Assembly: GCA_052168235.1 (NCBI GenBank) | Contig: JBQLZK010000025.1 | Coordinates: 25,594-89,593, forward strand | Direction of reading: 5' to 3' | Length of the DNA: 64,000 nt | From: Thainema sp. | Lineage (GTDB): Bacteria; Cyanobacteriota; Cyanobacteriia; Phormidesmidales; Phormidesmidaceae | Shown: positions 8,712 to 17,568 of the stretch, in pieces | How positions within the stretch are numbered: position 1 is the stretch's first letter | Layout of the letters: every line of letters starts with the position of its first letter | Notes under the pieces: generated by a model | Told to the model about the DNA's origin: nothing | Seen by the model: only the letters and a program-made list of their open reading frames with translations | Database searches by the model: none | Position numbers and translations under genes: made by a program

Positions 8712-11036
8712 ATGACCACATCCAACTCATCATCCAACTCGTCAGATTCCCAATCTGTCCCTGAATCTGCGCGAATAGCTGAGCCTGCTCAAGACTTGCC
8801 TAGCAATGCTCCTAGCATGGGTGGGGGTCTACCCGTTATTCAGTACTGGGCAGAAAAAACGCTATCTCCCAAAGGCCCCCAAATTTGGCAAACCCTGTTT
8901 CACAAAAGCGCCTGCTTGTCTTGTGCTTGGGGCACTGGCGGGCAGAAGGGTGGCTTTACCAATGAGCAAGGGGAAAAGCTACAGCGCTGTATGAAAAGCG
9001 TCCAGTCGATTGCGGCTGAGCTGGACCCCGGTTTGGTGCCTCACTTTTTCGATGACATCACTCTGCCAGAGCTACAGCGGCTAACTTCTTTGGAAGCCGA
9101 TCGGCTGGGTCGGCTCAGCTTTCCCGTTATCCATCGGGCTGGTTCAAATCACTACCAGCGGATTAGCTGGGATGAGATTTATCACATTGCGGAAACAGCT
9201 TTTCAGCGTCCTGCTGATCGGGTGGCTTCCTACAGTTCTGGGCGTTCCTCCAATGAAGCCGCCTATTTGCTACAGCTCATGATGCGGGCTTTGGGAACCA
9301 ATAATCTGGCCGATTGTTCTGATCTCTGTCACGCTCCTTCCACTGTCAGTTTGAACAGGGTGTTTGGTACGGGTACGTCTTTAGTCAGTCTGGAAAGCTT
9401 ACAGCATGCCGATGGGGTTGTTTTAATTGGCTCTAATGCCCCCGCCAATCATCCCCGCTTGATGAATGAGCTGATCAAGTTGCGCGATCGCGGCGGTAAG
9501 GTGATTGTCATCAACCCCGTCCGCGAGGTCGGCCTGGTTAAATTTGGTTCTCCCGCCTTTCCCCTATCGTCACTTGTGCAAGGCTCCGAGATTTCGTCTC
9601 TGTTTCTCCAGCCGATTCCGGGGAGCGACGTAGCGCTGTTTGTTGGCATTCAGAAAAGCTTACTGGAGCGGGGCTGGGTTAAATTTGATTATCTTCAGTC
9701 CTATACCGACAACTGGCAAGCGGTGGTCGATCAGGTAAACGCGACTGATTGGAACGCGATTACCAGCACCTGCGGTCTGTCCCAAGCCGAAATTGAAGTC
9801 GCGACTCAGATGATTCATAAGTGCGATCGCGTTGTCTTTGCCTGGGCAATGGGCATCACTCAGCAAGCCAATAGCGTCGATAATATTTTCAGCATTGCTA
9901 ACACGGCGCTGATGACCGGAAACGTTGGCAAGCTGGGAGCCGGAATGATGCCGATTCGAGGCCATTCCAATGTGCAGGGCTTCGGTTCAATGGGGGTTAC
10001 GGCACGGCTGAAAACGGGACTGCGGGAATCCTTGGAAAGGCTGTTGGGACGATCGCTGAAACGCGAACCGGGCTATGATGCTCGCGCCCTAATTGAAGCT
10101 GCCGATGCGGGGCAGGTCGATACATTACTTTGTCTGGGCGGCAATCTCTATGCCGCGAATCCTGATCTGACGCAGGCAAAACGCGCCCTTGGCAACATCG
10201 ACACGATTATTTATCTCGCGACCAAGCCTAATCTTGGCCATTTTCATGGCTTAGCTAAGCACAATACGATTATCATTCCGGTTTACGCCCGCTTCGAAAA
10301 TCCCCACAAAACAACGACTGAGTCAGGTAATAACTTTGTGCGGCTGAATGATGAGGGCAAAACGCATCTAACGGATGCCGATTTGATTTCAGAGGTTGAG
10401 TTTTTGGCCGAACTGGCCCATCGGATCCACGGTGATAGGCCGATCAACTGGCGCAAGCTACAGGATACTCGCTACGTGCGGCAACTAATTGCTCAAACCA
10501 TTCCTGGCTACGAGAAGATGGGCGAAATCGACCAGACTAAAACCGAATTTACAATTTCTGGACGAATTTTTCTTGAACCCCAGTTTCCCACGGCTTCTGG
10601 CAAAGCTCAAATGCAAACGACACCTTTACCTAAGCTGACGTTACCGACTCCCCAGGATTTTGGCCTAGATCGAGATGCTGCTGCCGTAGATCCGGACTTG
10701 TCTACGCTTGTCCTGGCGCTAATTACCGGACGCAGCTACGCCCAGCACAATACCGTGGTTTACAAAGAACGCGATCGCTATCGCGCCATGCCACACCGCT
10801 ACTGTATCTTGCTCAATCCCGCTGAGGCCCAATCCGCAGGCTTTGCAGACCACCAGCGGGTTAGTGTGAGAGGCGACGCCGGACAGTTAGACAACATTGA
10901 AGTGATTTATGGGGATGTACGCCCTGGAGCGGCACTCATGTTTTATCCTGAAGCCAACGTACTGATGAAGGCCCACATTGAACCCAGAGCAGGCACTCCG
11001 GCCTATAAGCGGGTTCCAGTTGTCGTTTTCGCCTAA
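8712..11036 (+). CDS. FdhF/YdeP family molybdopterin oxidoreductase
   Basis: CLSCAWG, YSSGRSSNE, NNLADCSDLCH, PIRGHSNVQG, C-terminal PAYKRVPV. Confidence 0.92.
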   Translation: MTTSNSSSNSSDSQSVPESARIAEPAQDLPSNAPSMGGGLPVIQYWAEKTLSPKGPQIWQTLFHKSACLSCAWGTGGQKGGFTNEQGEKLQRCMKSVQSIAAELDPGLVPHFFDDITLPELQRLTSLEADRLGRLSFPVIHRAGSNHYQRISWDEIYHIAETAFQRPADRVASYSSGRSSNEAAYLLQLMMRALGTNNLADCSDLCHAPSTVSLNRVFGTGTSLVSLESLQHADGVVLIGSNAPANHPRLMNELIKLRDRGGKVIVINPVREVGLVKFGSPAFPLSSLVQGSEISSLFLQPIPGSDVALFVGIQKSLLERGWVKFDYLQSYTDNWQAVVDQVNATDWNAITSTCGLSQAEIEVATQMIHKCDRVVFAWAMGITQQANSVDNIFSIANTALMTGNVGKLGAGMMPIRGHSNVQGFGSMGVTARLKTGLRESLERLLGRSLKREPGYDARALIEAADAGQVDTLLCLGGNLYAANPDLTQAKRALGNIDTIIYLATKPNLGHFHGLAKHNTIIIPVYARFENPHKTTTESGNNFVRLNDEGKTHLTDADLISEVEFLAELAHRIHGDRPINWRKLQDTRYVRQLIAQTIPGYEKMGEIDQTKTEFTISGRIFLEPQFPTASGKAQMQTTPLPKLTLPTPQDFGLDRDAAAVDPDLSTLVLALITGRSYAQHNTVVYKERDRYRAMPHRYCILLNPAEAQSAGFADHQRVSVRGDAGQLDNIEVIYGDVRPGAALMFYPEANVLMKAHIEPRAGTPAYKRVPVVVFA

Positions 11037-11085
11037 GCTTCTGCTGTGTCGCAATTTCCTGGTCAGGGCGAATGGCTATTTGCAC

Positions 11086-12558
11086 CTACCTAACACTTTG
11101 CAGCAAATGAGCTGCCATTTGGCGTTTGACTAAATGGCCCAGCGTTTGCATTGCCTGTTCAATTTCCTCTGACCAGGTCACTGCGGTATTCAAGCGGAAA
11201 CAGTTGCGATAGCACTGCCCAGAAGCCGAAAACATTGGCCCAGGGGCGATGCTGATTCCCTGCTGCAGCGCGCATTCATAAAGCTTGAGAGCGTCAAATT
11301 CCTCCGGCAGTTCTAACCACAGCACATGTCCACCTTGGGGTTGAGAAATACAGGTTTCAGCCGGAAAGTAGTCACTAATAGCCTGCAGCATCCGGTGCAT
11401 TTGATCTTGATACACCCGACGGAGCTGACGCAGATGGCGATCATAACCGCCATTCGCGAGAAATGCCGCCACCGTGAGCTGAGGTGCGATCGCAGTTGTT
11501 TGATTGGTGACAGATTTCATTTGGCTGACCCGCAGGTGGTAACGCCCTCCGGCACACCAGCCCACCCGCAAACCGGGCGATAGGGTTTTGCTGACTGAGG
11601 AACAGTACAGCACCCGATCTTCGGTATCAAACGCCTTAATCGCCTTGGGGCGAGGGCTTTCGAAGCAGAGATCACCATATACATCATCTTCAATCAGCGG
11701 CGTCTGATAGCGATTGAGCAGCTCAACTAACTGTTTCTTTTTCAGGTCGTCCATGCAGCTACCCAACGGATTGCTGAAGTTGGAAACCAGAAAACAGGCT
11801 TGCACCTGCTTATTTTTCAACGCGTTTTCAAGATGCAGCAGACTAATTCCCTGCCGAGGATGAGTTGGCAACGGCAGTGCCTTGAGTCGCAGCGCTTTCA
11901 TTGTTTCTAACGCTGAGAAATAAGTTGGCGATTCAATGGCGACAGTATCGCCTGGCTGCGTAACAGCTTGCAGAGACAGATAAACCGCCTCCAGTGCGCC
12001 GTTGGTAATCACTATTTGATCTGGATGAATAGAGCAGCCCGTGTCTAACATGCGCTTGCTAAGCTCTGCTCGTAGCGACTGGCAGCCCAGCGGAATGTTG
12101 TAGGAGTGAGCCACGATCGGATGTTCGCGCAGCACTTTTCCCATCAGCCGGTTCAATTGTGCGATCGGGAATCGTTCCGTCACTGGCAGCGCGGCTCCTA
12201 GCTGAATGATTCCCGGTTCGAGAGTTTCGCTGAGTAGTTTATAGGCCAGAGAGGTATCAATTTCACAAATTTGGGTGGGGGGCTCAGTCCGTGAGGGTTC
12301 CAAATGACGCTGAAGCGCTGTTTGCTTCACGTAGTAACCCGATTGGGGCCGCGCCATAATCAGCCCTCGATCTTCCAGCAGCCGATAAGCTTCTAGGACG
12401 GTAGATAGGCTCACGGAAAACTGCTGTTTCAGCTTACGGACGGACGGTAGACGTTCACCGGGTTTCAGTGTGCCATTGGCAATGAATTCCTGGAGCCGAT
12501 TGGCAATCTGCTCGTACAAAACGGTGTCGGTTGTTGGATCCAGTGGAGTGAGGTGCAT
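11086..12558 (-). CDS. MocR/GntR family PLP-dependent transcriptional regulator
   Basis: LYEQIA..LKPGERLPSVR wHTH; aminotransferase domain with SNPLG, IEDDVY, SSVSKTLSPGLRVGW; ATG at 12558 preferred. Confidence 0.93.
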   Translation of the reverse strand: MHLTPLDPTTDTVLYEQIANRLQEFIANGTLKPGERLPSVRKLKQQFSVSLSTVLEAYRLLEDRGLIMARPQSGYYVKQTALQRHLEPSRTEPPTQICEIDTSLAYKLLSETLEPGIIQLGAALPVTERFPIAQLNRLMGKVLREHPIVAHSYNIPLGCQSLRAELSKRMLDTGCSIHPDQIVITNGALEAVYLSLQAVTQPGDTVAIESPTYFSALETMKALRLKALPLPTHPRQGISLLHLENALKNKQVQACFLVSNFSNPLGSCMDDLKKKQLVELLNRYQTPLIEDDVYGDLCFESPRPKAIKAFDTEDRVLYCSSVSKTLSPGLRVGWCAGGRYHLRVSQMKSVTNQTTAIAPQLTVAAFLANGGYDRHLRQLRRVYQDQMHRMLQAISDYFPAETCISQPQGGHVLWLELPEEFDALKLYECALQQGISIAPGPMFSASGQCYRNCFRLNTAVTWSEEIEQAMQTLGHLVKRQMAAHLLQSVR

Positions 12559-12589
12559 GGTTCGGTCGATACAGTTTTGGGATATTGCG

Positions 12590-12624
12590 ACCATAACAGT
12601 TGCTCAAAACTGAACTGTTATGGT
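12590..12624. promoter_or_regulatory. Putative MocR operator
   Basis: Perfect 12-bp inverted repeat ACCATAACAGTT-N11-AACTGTTATGGT in the divergent intergenic region; extra ATACAGTT half-site at 12569. Confidence 0.7.
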
Positions 12625-12727
12625 GACAATTTAACATGATTGCCTCTGTTCGGTCGCTAGTAAATTGACGAAAATTAAACCATGACAGCTCAACCGCTTC
12701 AATTCTGTGAGTTCGGAGGACAATTTT

Positions 12728-13039
12728 ATGAAGCCGCTGAATGACTGTAATCAACTCAACAGCTATATCGTTTCTACATCCCATCTCGCATCCGGCGCGA
12801 CCTCAGAGAACGCTGCTAGAAACCAACAAGCTGCTCATTGGTTGACAGCAGTTCTTAAACAAGTTAAAGCCGCAATTTCCAAGCTATTTGATCAGTCCCA
12901 AGAGCCTCGGATTACTAAACGAGTTGATCGCTGGGGCAATCTTTATTTTTCAGTCTATGACCCTATTGATCGGTCGTTTCGTGTTTTCACATCTGAGCAG
13001 GAAATTCGAATTTGGCTGGAGCAACGCTATTACCAGTAG
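12728..13039 (+). CDS. Small cyanobacterial hypothetical protein
   Basis: GGAGG RBS; EPRI..DRWGN.YF.VYDP..FTSEQEIRIWLEQRYY resembles a recurrent cyanobacterial small-protein family. Confidence 0.75.
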   Translation: MKPLNDCNQLNSYIVSTSHLASGATSENAARNQQAAHWLTAVLKQVKAAISKLFDQSQEPRITKRVDRWGNLYFSVYDPIDRSFRVFTSEQEIRIWLEQRYYQ

Positions 13040-13091
13040 CGCTTAAGCACTTAATTTGAGTACCACAATCAGGATCAACTATAAGGAGATG

Positions 13092-13265
13092 ATGATGATT
13101 CGAGTATCTAATCGAGTTGCCAATGTGACTCAAACATCAGCAGCCACAGGTCTGAATCTATGGAAAACTGTAATTCAATTCTGGCGGTTCAGTCAGTTCC
13201 ACGGACGCTATCAGTCGTTGCCGCTTGACCAGCGTCAGCAACTAATTCGTGAGCCTAAAAACTAA
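13092..13265 (+). CDS. Small hypothetical protein (about 57 aa)
   Basis: AAGGAG RBS at 13083-13088 before ATG-ATG-ATG; followed by a terminator hairpin. Confidence 0.55.
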   Translation: MMIRVSNRVANVTQTSAATGLNLWKTVIQFWRFSQFHGRYQSLPLDQRQQLIREPKN

Positions 13266-13295
13266 ATGCGATTCACTAAGCTCCATCCTTGCATG

Positions 13296-13330
13296 GGGAG
13301 ATTTTGATATTACTTCAGAATCTCCCTTTT
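13296..13330. terminator. Terminator between convergent genes
   Basis: GGGAGATTTTGA...TCAGAATCTCCC followed by TTTT. Confidence 0.6.
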
Positions 13331-13757
13331 ACTGAATACGCTTTCGTAGTTTGTTGACATAGACTGATGGGCCAATAATTGTGGCAGAATGTTGCTCAAG
13401 CTGAATAGATAATCTACCAGCTAGTAGTCCCGCTTGAAATGAAGGTTTATACGTCCAAAAATCTTCAAACTGATGTTCTGGATGATAGTCTAATTCTGCT
13501 AGCTTAATATTCATCCGTGCAACAAACGTCTTTCGATTTTGAATTACAACAGAAACAGTTTTGACTTTTAGCAAGAATGCTGTTGTGAAACCAAAAGACA
13601 CTCCAAACGCAATGCCAATCCAGATGCCAAAAGGTAACGCAAAACCAAAGCTGACGCCCATCACTAATGAAAATAGCGATGACAGCAGTAGCGTAAAGAG
13701 TAAGGATAAGGCTGCTGACGTGGTCGTTAATGTGCCCCAGAAACCTCTAGGTTCCAT
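13329..13757 (-). CDS. Hypothetical membrane protein (about 2 TM plus soluble C-terminus)
   Basis: Hydrophobic GxxxG-rich N-terminal half; same strand and directly downstream of the response regulator. Confidence 0.65.
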   Translation of the reverse strand: MEPRGFWGTLTTTSAALSLLFTLLLSSLFSLVMGVSFGFALPFGIWIGIAFGVSFGFTTAFLLKVKTVSVVIQNRKTFVARMNIKLAELDYHPEHQFEDFWTYKPSFQAGLLAGRLSIQLEQHSATIIGPSVYVNKLRKRIQ

Positions 13758-13826
13758 GCTGTTTTTCCTAAGTAAGCTATAAGTCGCTGAGTTGACTGAC
13801 ACTCATTACGCTTATTATTTCACTTC

Positions 13827-14504
13827 TTATTTAAAGCCATCTCGCATTCGATACCCCATGCCGCGCACCGTTTCAATGCAGTCGCTGCCGAGCTTTTTGC
13901 GTAGATAACCCACATAAACATCAACAACATTAGAACCCGGAGCATAGTCATAGCCCCAGACTCGATCCAGCAGTTGTTCACGGCTGAGGACTTGTCCAGG
14001 ATGGCGCATAAAGGTCTCGGCTAGAGTAAACTCCCTGGCTGAGAGATCAACCAGCTGACCAGCCACTTGCACTTGGCGAGTATACAAATCCAGCGTGATT
14101 ACGCCCATTGCCAAGATATTGTCCGTAGGATTTGTCGCTGGCTGCATGGTGCGTAACCTAGCTCGGATGCGGGCCAGCAGCTCTTCAAAGCGAAATGGTT
14201 TTGTCACATAATCATCGGCTCCAGCTTCAAAGCCCGTCACCTTATCGTAGATATCGTCTCGCGCAGTCAGTACGATAATGGGCTGAGTTAATCCTTGACC
14301 CCGCAAGTTGCCCAAGACGGTCATGCCATCGGTATCGGGCAATCCTAGATCCAGAATGATCAGGTCAAACTCGCTGCCAAGGGCGAGATTGATGGCGCTC
14401 TTGCCGTCGGGTGCGCTGGCCGTGGTAAAGCCATTGGCCTGCAATCCTTTTTCTAGAAAGGAAACGATGCGCGGCTCATCTTCCACAATTAAAATCCGAC
14501 TCAT
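13827..14504 (-). CDS. OmpR/PhoB family response regulator
   Basis: ILIVEDE, LDLGLP, GADDYVTKPF, wHTH VDVYVGYLRKK, ETVRGMGY; AGGAGGT RBS. Confidence 0.95.
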   Translation of the reverse strand: MSRILIVEDEPRIVSFLEKGLQANGFTTASAPDGKSAINLALGSEFDLIILDLGLPDTDGMTVLGNLRGQGLTQPIIVLTARDDIYDKVTGFEAGADDYVTKPFRFEELLARIRARLRTMQPATNPTDNILAMGVITLDLYTRQVQVAGQLVDLSAREFTLAETFMRHPGQVLSREQLLDRVWGYDYAPGSNVVDVYVGYLRKKLGSDCIETVRGMGYRMRDGFK

Positions 14505-14515
14505 CGAAGCACCTC

Positions 14516-16054
14516 CTATTGCAGACAATCACTCTGGGGTTTGATAGCCGAACTGCGGATCAGCGGCAAAACAAAGGTAAAAATAGATCCCTGATCGGGT
14601 TGGCTGTGGAGATCGATGCGGCCACCGTGGGCTTGGGCAATTGCCCGCACAATGGAGAGGCCTAAGCCAGACCCCTCAGAGCGACGATAGCGACTGTGGC
14701 CCCGGACGAAGCGCTCAAAGATCCGCTGCTGATCCTCAAAGCCAATTCCTTCGCCGGTGTCTCGTATCCATAGATAGACCTGCTCCTGGCTTTGGGCAGA
14801 GCCAAGGGCAATCGTATCTCCGATTTCCGTATGCTGAGTGGCATTTTGGGCCAGATTGATGATGGCTTCTGTGAGGCGCTGGCGATCGGCCACGAACTGT
14901 CCGCTGCCAACGGCTTCTAGCTGCCAATTTCGGTCAGCAAGCGTCTTCATTTTGACGTAGACTTCCTCGGTGAATGATTGAAGATCGATGGTTGTGGGCA
15001 ATAGAAAGTTGGGGTGCTCGGCCTTGGCGAGGAGAACTAACTCGTTGATAAATCGGCTGATGCGGTCGAGTTCATCCAGGACAATATCGAGAGTTTCTTG
15101 CTGCTCTTCTGGGGTTGAGCCCATGAGCTCTAGATGTCCCCGAATGATGGTGATGGGTGTGCGCAGTTCATGCCCGACATCATTCAGTAACTGTCGCTGG
15201 CTATTGAAGGTCGCCTCGATTCGATCCATCATGTCGTTGAACGTGATGGCAAGTTTGGCAATATCACCCTTGCCCCGTACCGGAATGCGTTCGGTCAAAT
15301 TCGATTCGCTGATGGAACGGGCGGTTTGGCTCAATAGCCGCAGCGGTGCGAGAACCTGTCCGGCCACGAGCCAGGCTAAGAAAGATGCGATCGCTAAAAC
15401 AATCAGCGAAACCTGAATAATAGTTTGAATGGCTTCATTAATTTCAGTTCGCTCACCCATCGTTGTGATGTAGGCCACGACAAACACGCCGCCGACTTGC
15501 CCTGTGGCTGGTACGGGTTCTGTTTGATAGAAAATGCGTACAGGTTCTGCTTGATAGCGAATGGTGCCGGACGGAGTGGTTTCAACCCCTTGCTGCGCCT
15601 GAGCCAACTGCGCCCAGCGTTCAATTAGCGGTGAATCAGGCTGGAGCGCTGTCGGCAGGGCTAAAGAACTGGCGCGATAAAACTCACCGTTGGAGATCGT
15701 CACCAAAAACTCATCATCTTCGGTGATGTTGCGTGAGAGAAACACATCGAAAACGGCCTCAATGTCATTGCCAAAGGGTTGGCCCGTATCTGGATCATTA
15801 CCGTTGCGCAACTGCCGAAACTCTTCGATTTCTTGCTGAAGTGATTGTTGCACCCGCTCTTCCAACTTGGCTAAGAGGATTTGGCGGACAGTTAGGACAG
15901 ACACTAGGCTTGAAATGAACATCAAGATCAGATAGCAAATCAAGATGCGAGTGCGAGACTCACTAAACCCCTGCTGCCACCAATGACCTGGTTCCGATTT
16001 TGCCGATTGACGATTCAAAGCAATTTCTCTCAATCCCCTTGAAATGGTTTTCAC
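14516..16054 (-). CDS. HAMP-domain sensor histidine kinase
   Basis: 2 TM, HAMP, H-box HELRTPIT, N-box NATQHT, G1 DTGEGI, G2 GSGLGL; start uncertain. Confidence 0.93.
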   Translation of the reverse strand: MKTISRGLREIALNRQSAKSEPGHWWQQGFSESRTRILICYLILMFISSLVSVLTVRQILLAKLEERVQQSLQQEIEEFRQLRNGNDPDTGQPFGNDIEAVFDVFLSRNITEDDEFLVTISNGEFYRASSLALPTALQPDSPLIERWAQLAQAQQGVETTPSGTIRYQAEPVRIFYQTEPVPATGQVGGVFVVAYITTMGERTEINEAIQTIIQVSLIVLAIASFLAWLVAGQVLAPLRLLSQTARSISESNLTERIPVRGKGDIAKLAITFNDMMDRIEATFNSQRQLLNDVGHELRTPITIIRGHLELMGSTPEEQQETLDIVLDELDRISRFINELVLLAKAEHPNFLLPTTIDLQSFTEEVYVKMKTLADRNWQLEAVGSGQFVADRQRLTEAIINLAQNATQHTEIGDTIALGSAQSQEQVYLWIRDTGEGIGFEDQQRIFERFVRGHSRYRRSEGSGLGLSIVRAIAQAHGGRIDLHSQPDQGSIFTFVLPLIRSSAIKPQSDCLQ

Positions 16055-16130
16055 ATCTTCTCTTATTTCGAAGAACCTTCATAGCAAAAGGTTCCTGTCT
16101 GCCGTTGTCAGTCCCTGACATCCGCTGGGT

Positions 16131-16223
16131 TATAGTGATTCCAGTTAAGAGTGAGAGAACGAGAGAGAAGAGTGCCTCATCATGAGGCACTCTTCTCTCT
16201 CGTTCTTATCTAGAACCGCTATA
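16131..16223. mobile_element. MITE-like palindromic element
   Basis: Outer TATAGTGATTCCAG / CTAGAACCGCTATA ends and inner perfect 25-bp arms (16156-16180 and 16182-16206). Confidence 0.75.
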
Positions 16224-16283
16224 GTAACCGATTCCGTTGGGAAAGGGCGAGAATCAACGCTGCCGCATGACTGGCGCTGTAGC

Positions 16284-16320
16284 AACAAAATAGCCCTCAG
16301 AAGACAAAGCTTTTGAGGGC
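16284..16320 (-). terminator. Terminator downstream of the APH-like gene
   Basis: GCCCTCAGAAG / CTTTTGAGGGC stem with a T-rich tail on the minus strand. Confidence 0.55.
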
Positions 16321-16363
16321 CGAGGGTGTGAGGGATTCAAGCGGTTAATTGGGACGAGAACTC

Positions 16364-17434
16364 TTACTGCATTATTTCTCGAAGTCGTCCTTCACACAGC
16401 GACAAAATCGATTCCGTATAAGGCCGCCGAGTAGGGATGCGCGTACTGATGTGAATGTGACGGACTAGTGTGAGTACAGTATATAGCTCAATCTCTTGCC
16501 GTAGCGCATTGGCGATTGAAGCAGTACCTGAGGATGCTGAGCCGCTTGTTTCGGTTTGAGTGGCAGTGTGGACAGTCCAGGTTTCGATAAATGTTTCTCG
16601 CAGTTTGATTTCTTGCGCGTTCATGGCTGCCGAGTTGCCCAGTTGACGCAGACTTTGTTCGGTGATGTGGGCAATAAAGTTACCAATGTCCAATGCTGGA
16701 GAGCCTTGGCAGTACAGATCGAGATCAACTAACCACATGCGATCGCAATCGACCAAAATCTGATCACCATAGAAATCACGATGAATACCTGTTAAGTCGC
16801 TGAGTTCTGTTGCAATCCGAGAGGCTAGCTGATCACAGGCAGCCAAAACTTGCTCAATTCGGAACTGCCACTGGGGAAACTGCTGACTGACTTGAGGCAA
16901 ACGTTCATGCAGAATACGTAGTTCATCCTGGAGGGTATGCGTTTTGCTGGTGGGAATGGGAGTACAGTGCAGCTTATGGGCTAGACCCGCAATCCGGTGC
17001 GCTAGAGAAATGTCCCCGGTCGGTAATCGATCAGTAACGGGTATACCGGGCACTTTACGCTGTAGCCACATTTGCCAAGCTGGGATGATTCCGATTGGTT
17101 GAGGGACAGAGTAACCATCTGGACTATCAGCTGCAAATCCCTGCTGCCAAAGCGACTGCTGGAGGTGGTGGCTTTTCCAGTCGGTACCGTTGGCGCGAAT
17201 TTTGCCCAGTAGAGTGAAAGATTCGGTCGTTGTTGTTAACTGGTATTCGATGAGCGCACGGCGGCCTGGTTTATGACGAACTAGCGTGGCCGCATTGACC
17301 TGGCGCAGGGTGGGAATTACTCTACACAACTGAGTTTGAGCCTGATAGCAGTCAAGAGCATCGGCTAGGAAGGGGATTCGGGGATCTAAGCTGAGTGGGT
17401 GACGGGTGGTGCGGAGGAGGTTGGGAGTGGTCAT
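16364..17434 (-). CDS. Aminoglycoside phosphotransferase (APH)-like kinase
   Basis: [17 protein letters not shown] (Brenner motif), [15 protein letters not shown]. Confidence 0.85.
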   Translation of the reverse strand: MTTPNLLRTTRHPLSLDPRIPFLADALDCYQAQTQLCRVIPTLRQVNAATLVRHKPGRRALIEYQLTTTTESFTLLGKIRANGTDWKSHHLQQSLWQQGFAADSPDGYSVPQPIGIIPAWQMWLQRKVPGIPVTDRLPTGDISLAHRIAGLAHKLHCTPIPTSKTHTLQDELRILHERLPQVSQQFPQWQFRIEQVLAACDQLASRIATELSDLTGIHRDFYGDQILVDCDRMWLVDLDLYCQGSPALDIGNFIAHITEQSLRQLGNSAAMNAQEIKLRETFIETWTVHTATQTETSGSASSGTASIANALRQEIELYTVLTLVRHIHISTRIPTRRPYTESILSLCEGRLREIMQ

Positions 17435-17442
17435 GGGTAGGA

Positions 17443-17504
17443 GGGTAGATGGGTGGATGGGTGGATGGGTGGATGGGTGGATGGGTGGATGGGTAGATGG
17501 GTGG
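17443..17504. repeat. Octamer tandem repeat (GGGTRGAT)x7 plus partial unit
   Basis: Direct reading: gggtagat (gggtggat)5 gggtagat gggtgg. Confidence 0.95.
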
Positions 17505-17568
17505 GAGGGCGGCGTTGTCTATCAGGCCTTGAAACTCAGACGGGGAGTGAATGGTGGGTGATGCTGCT

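Noticed and set aside
16364..17434. Aminoglycoside resistance gene
   Set aside because: The APH fold is broad, and the context with glycosyltransferases points to biosynthesis or modification
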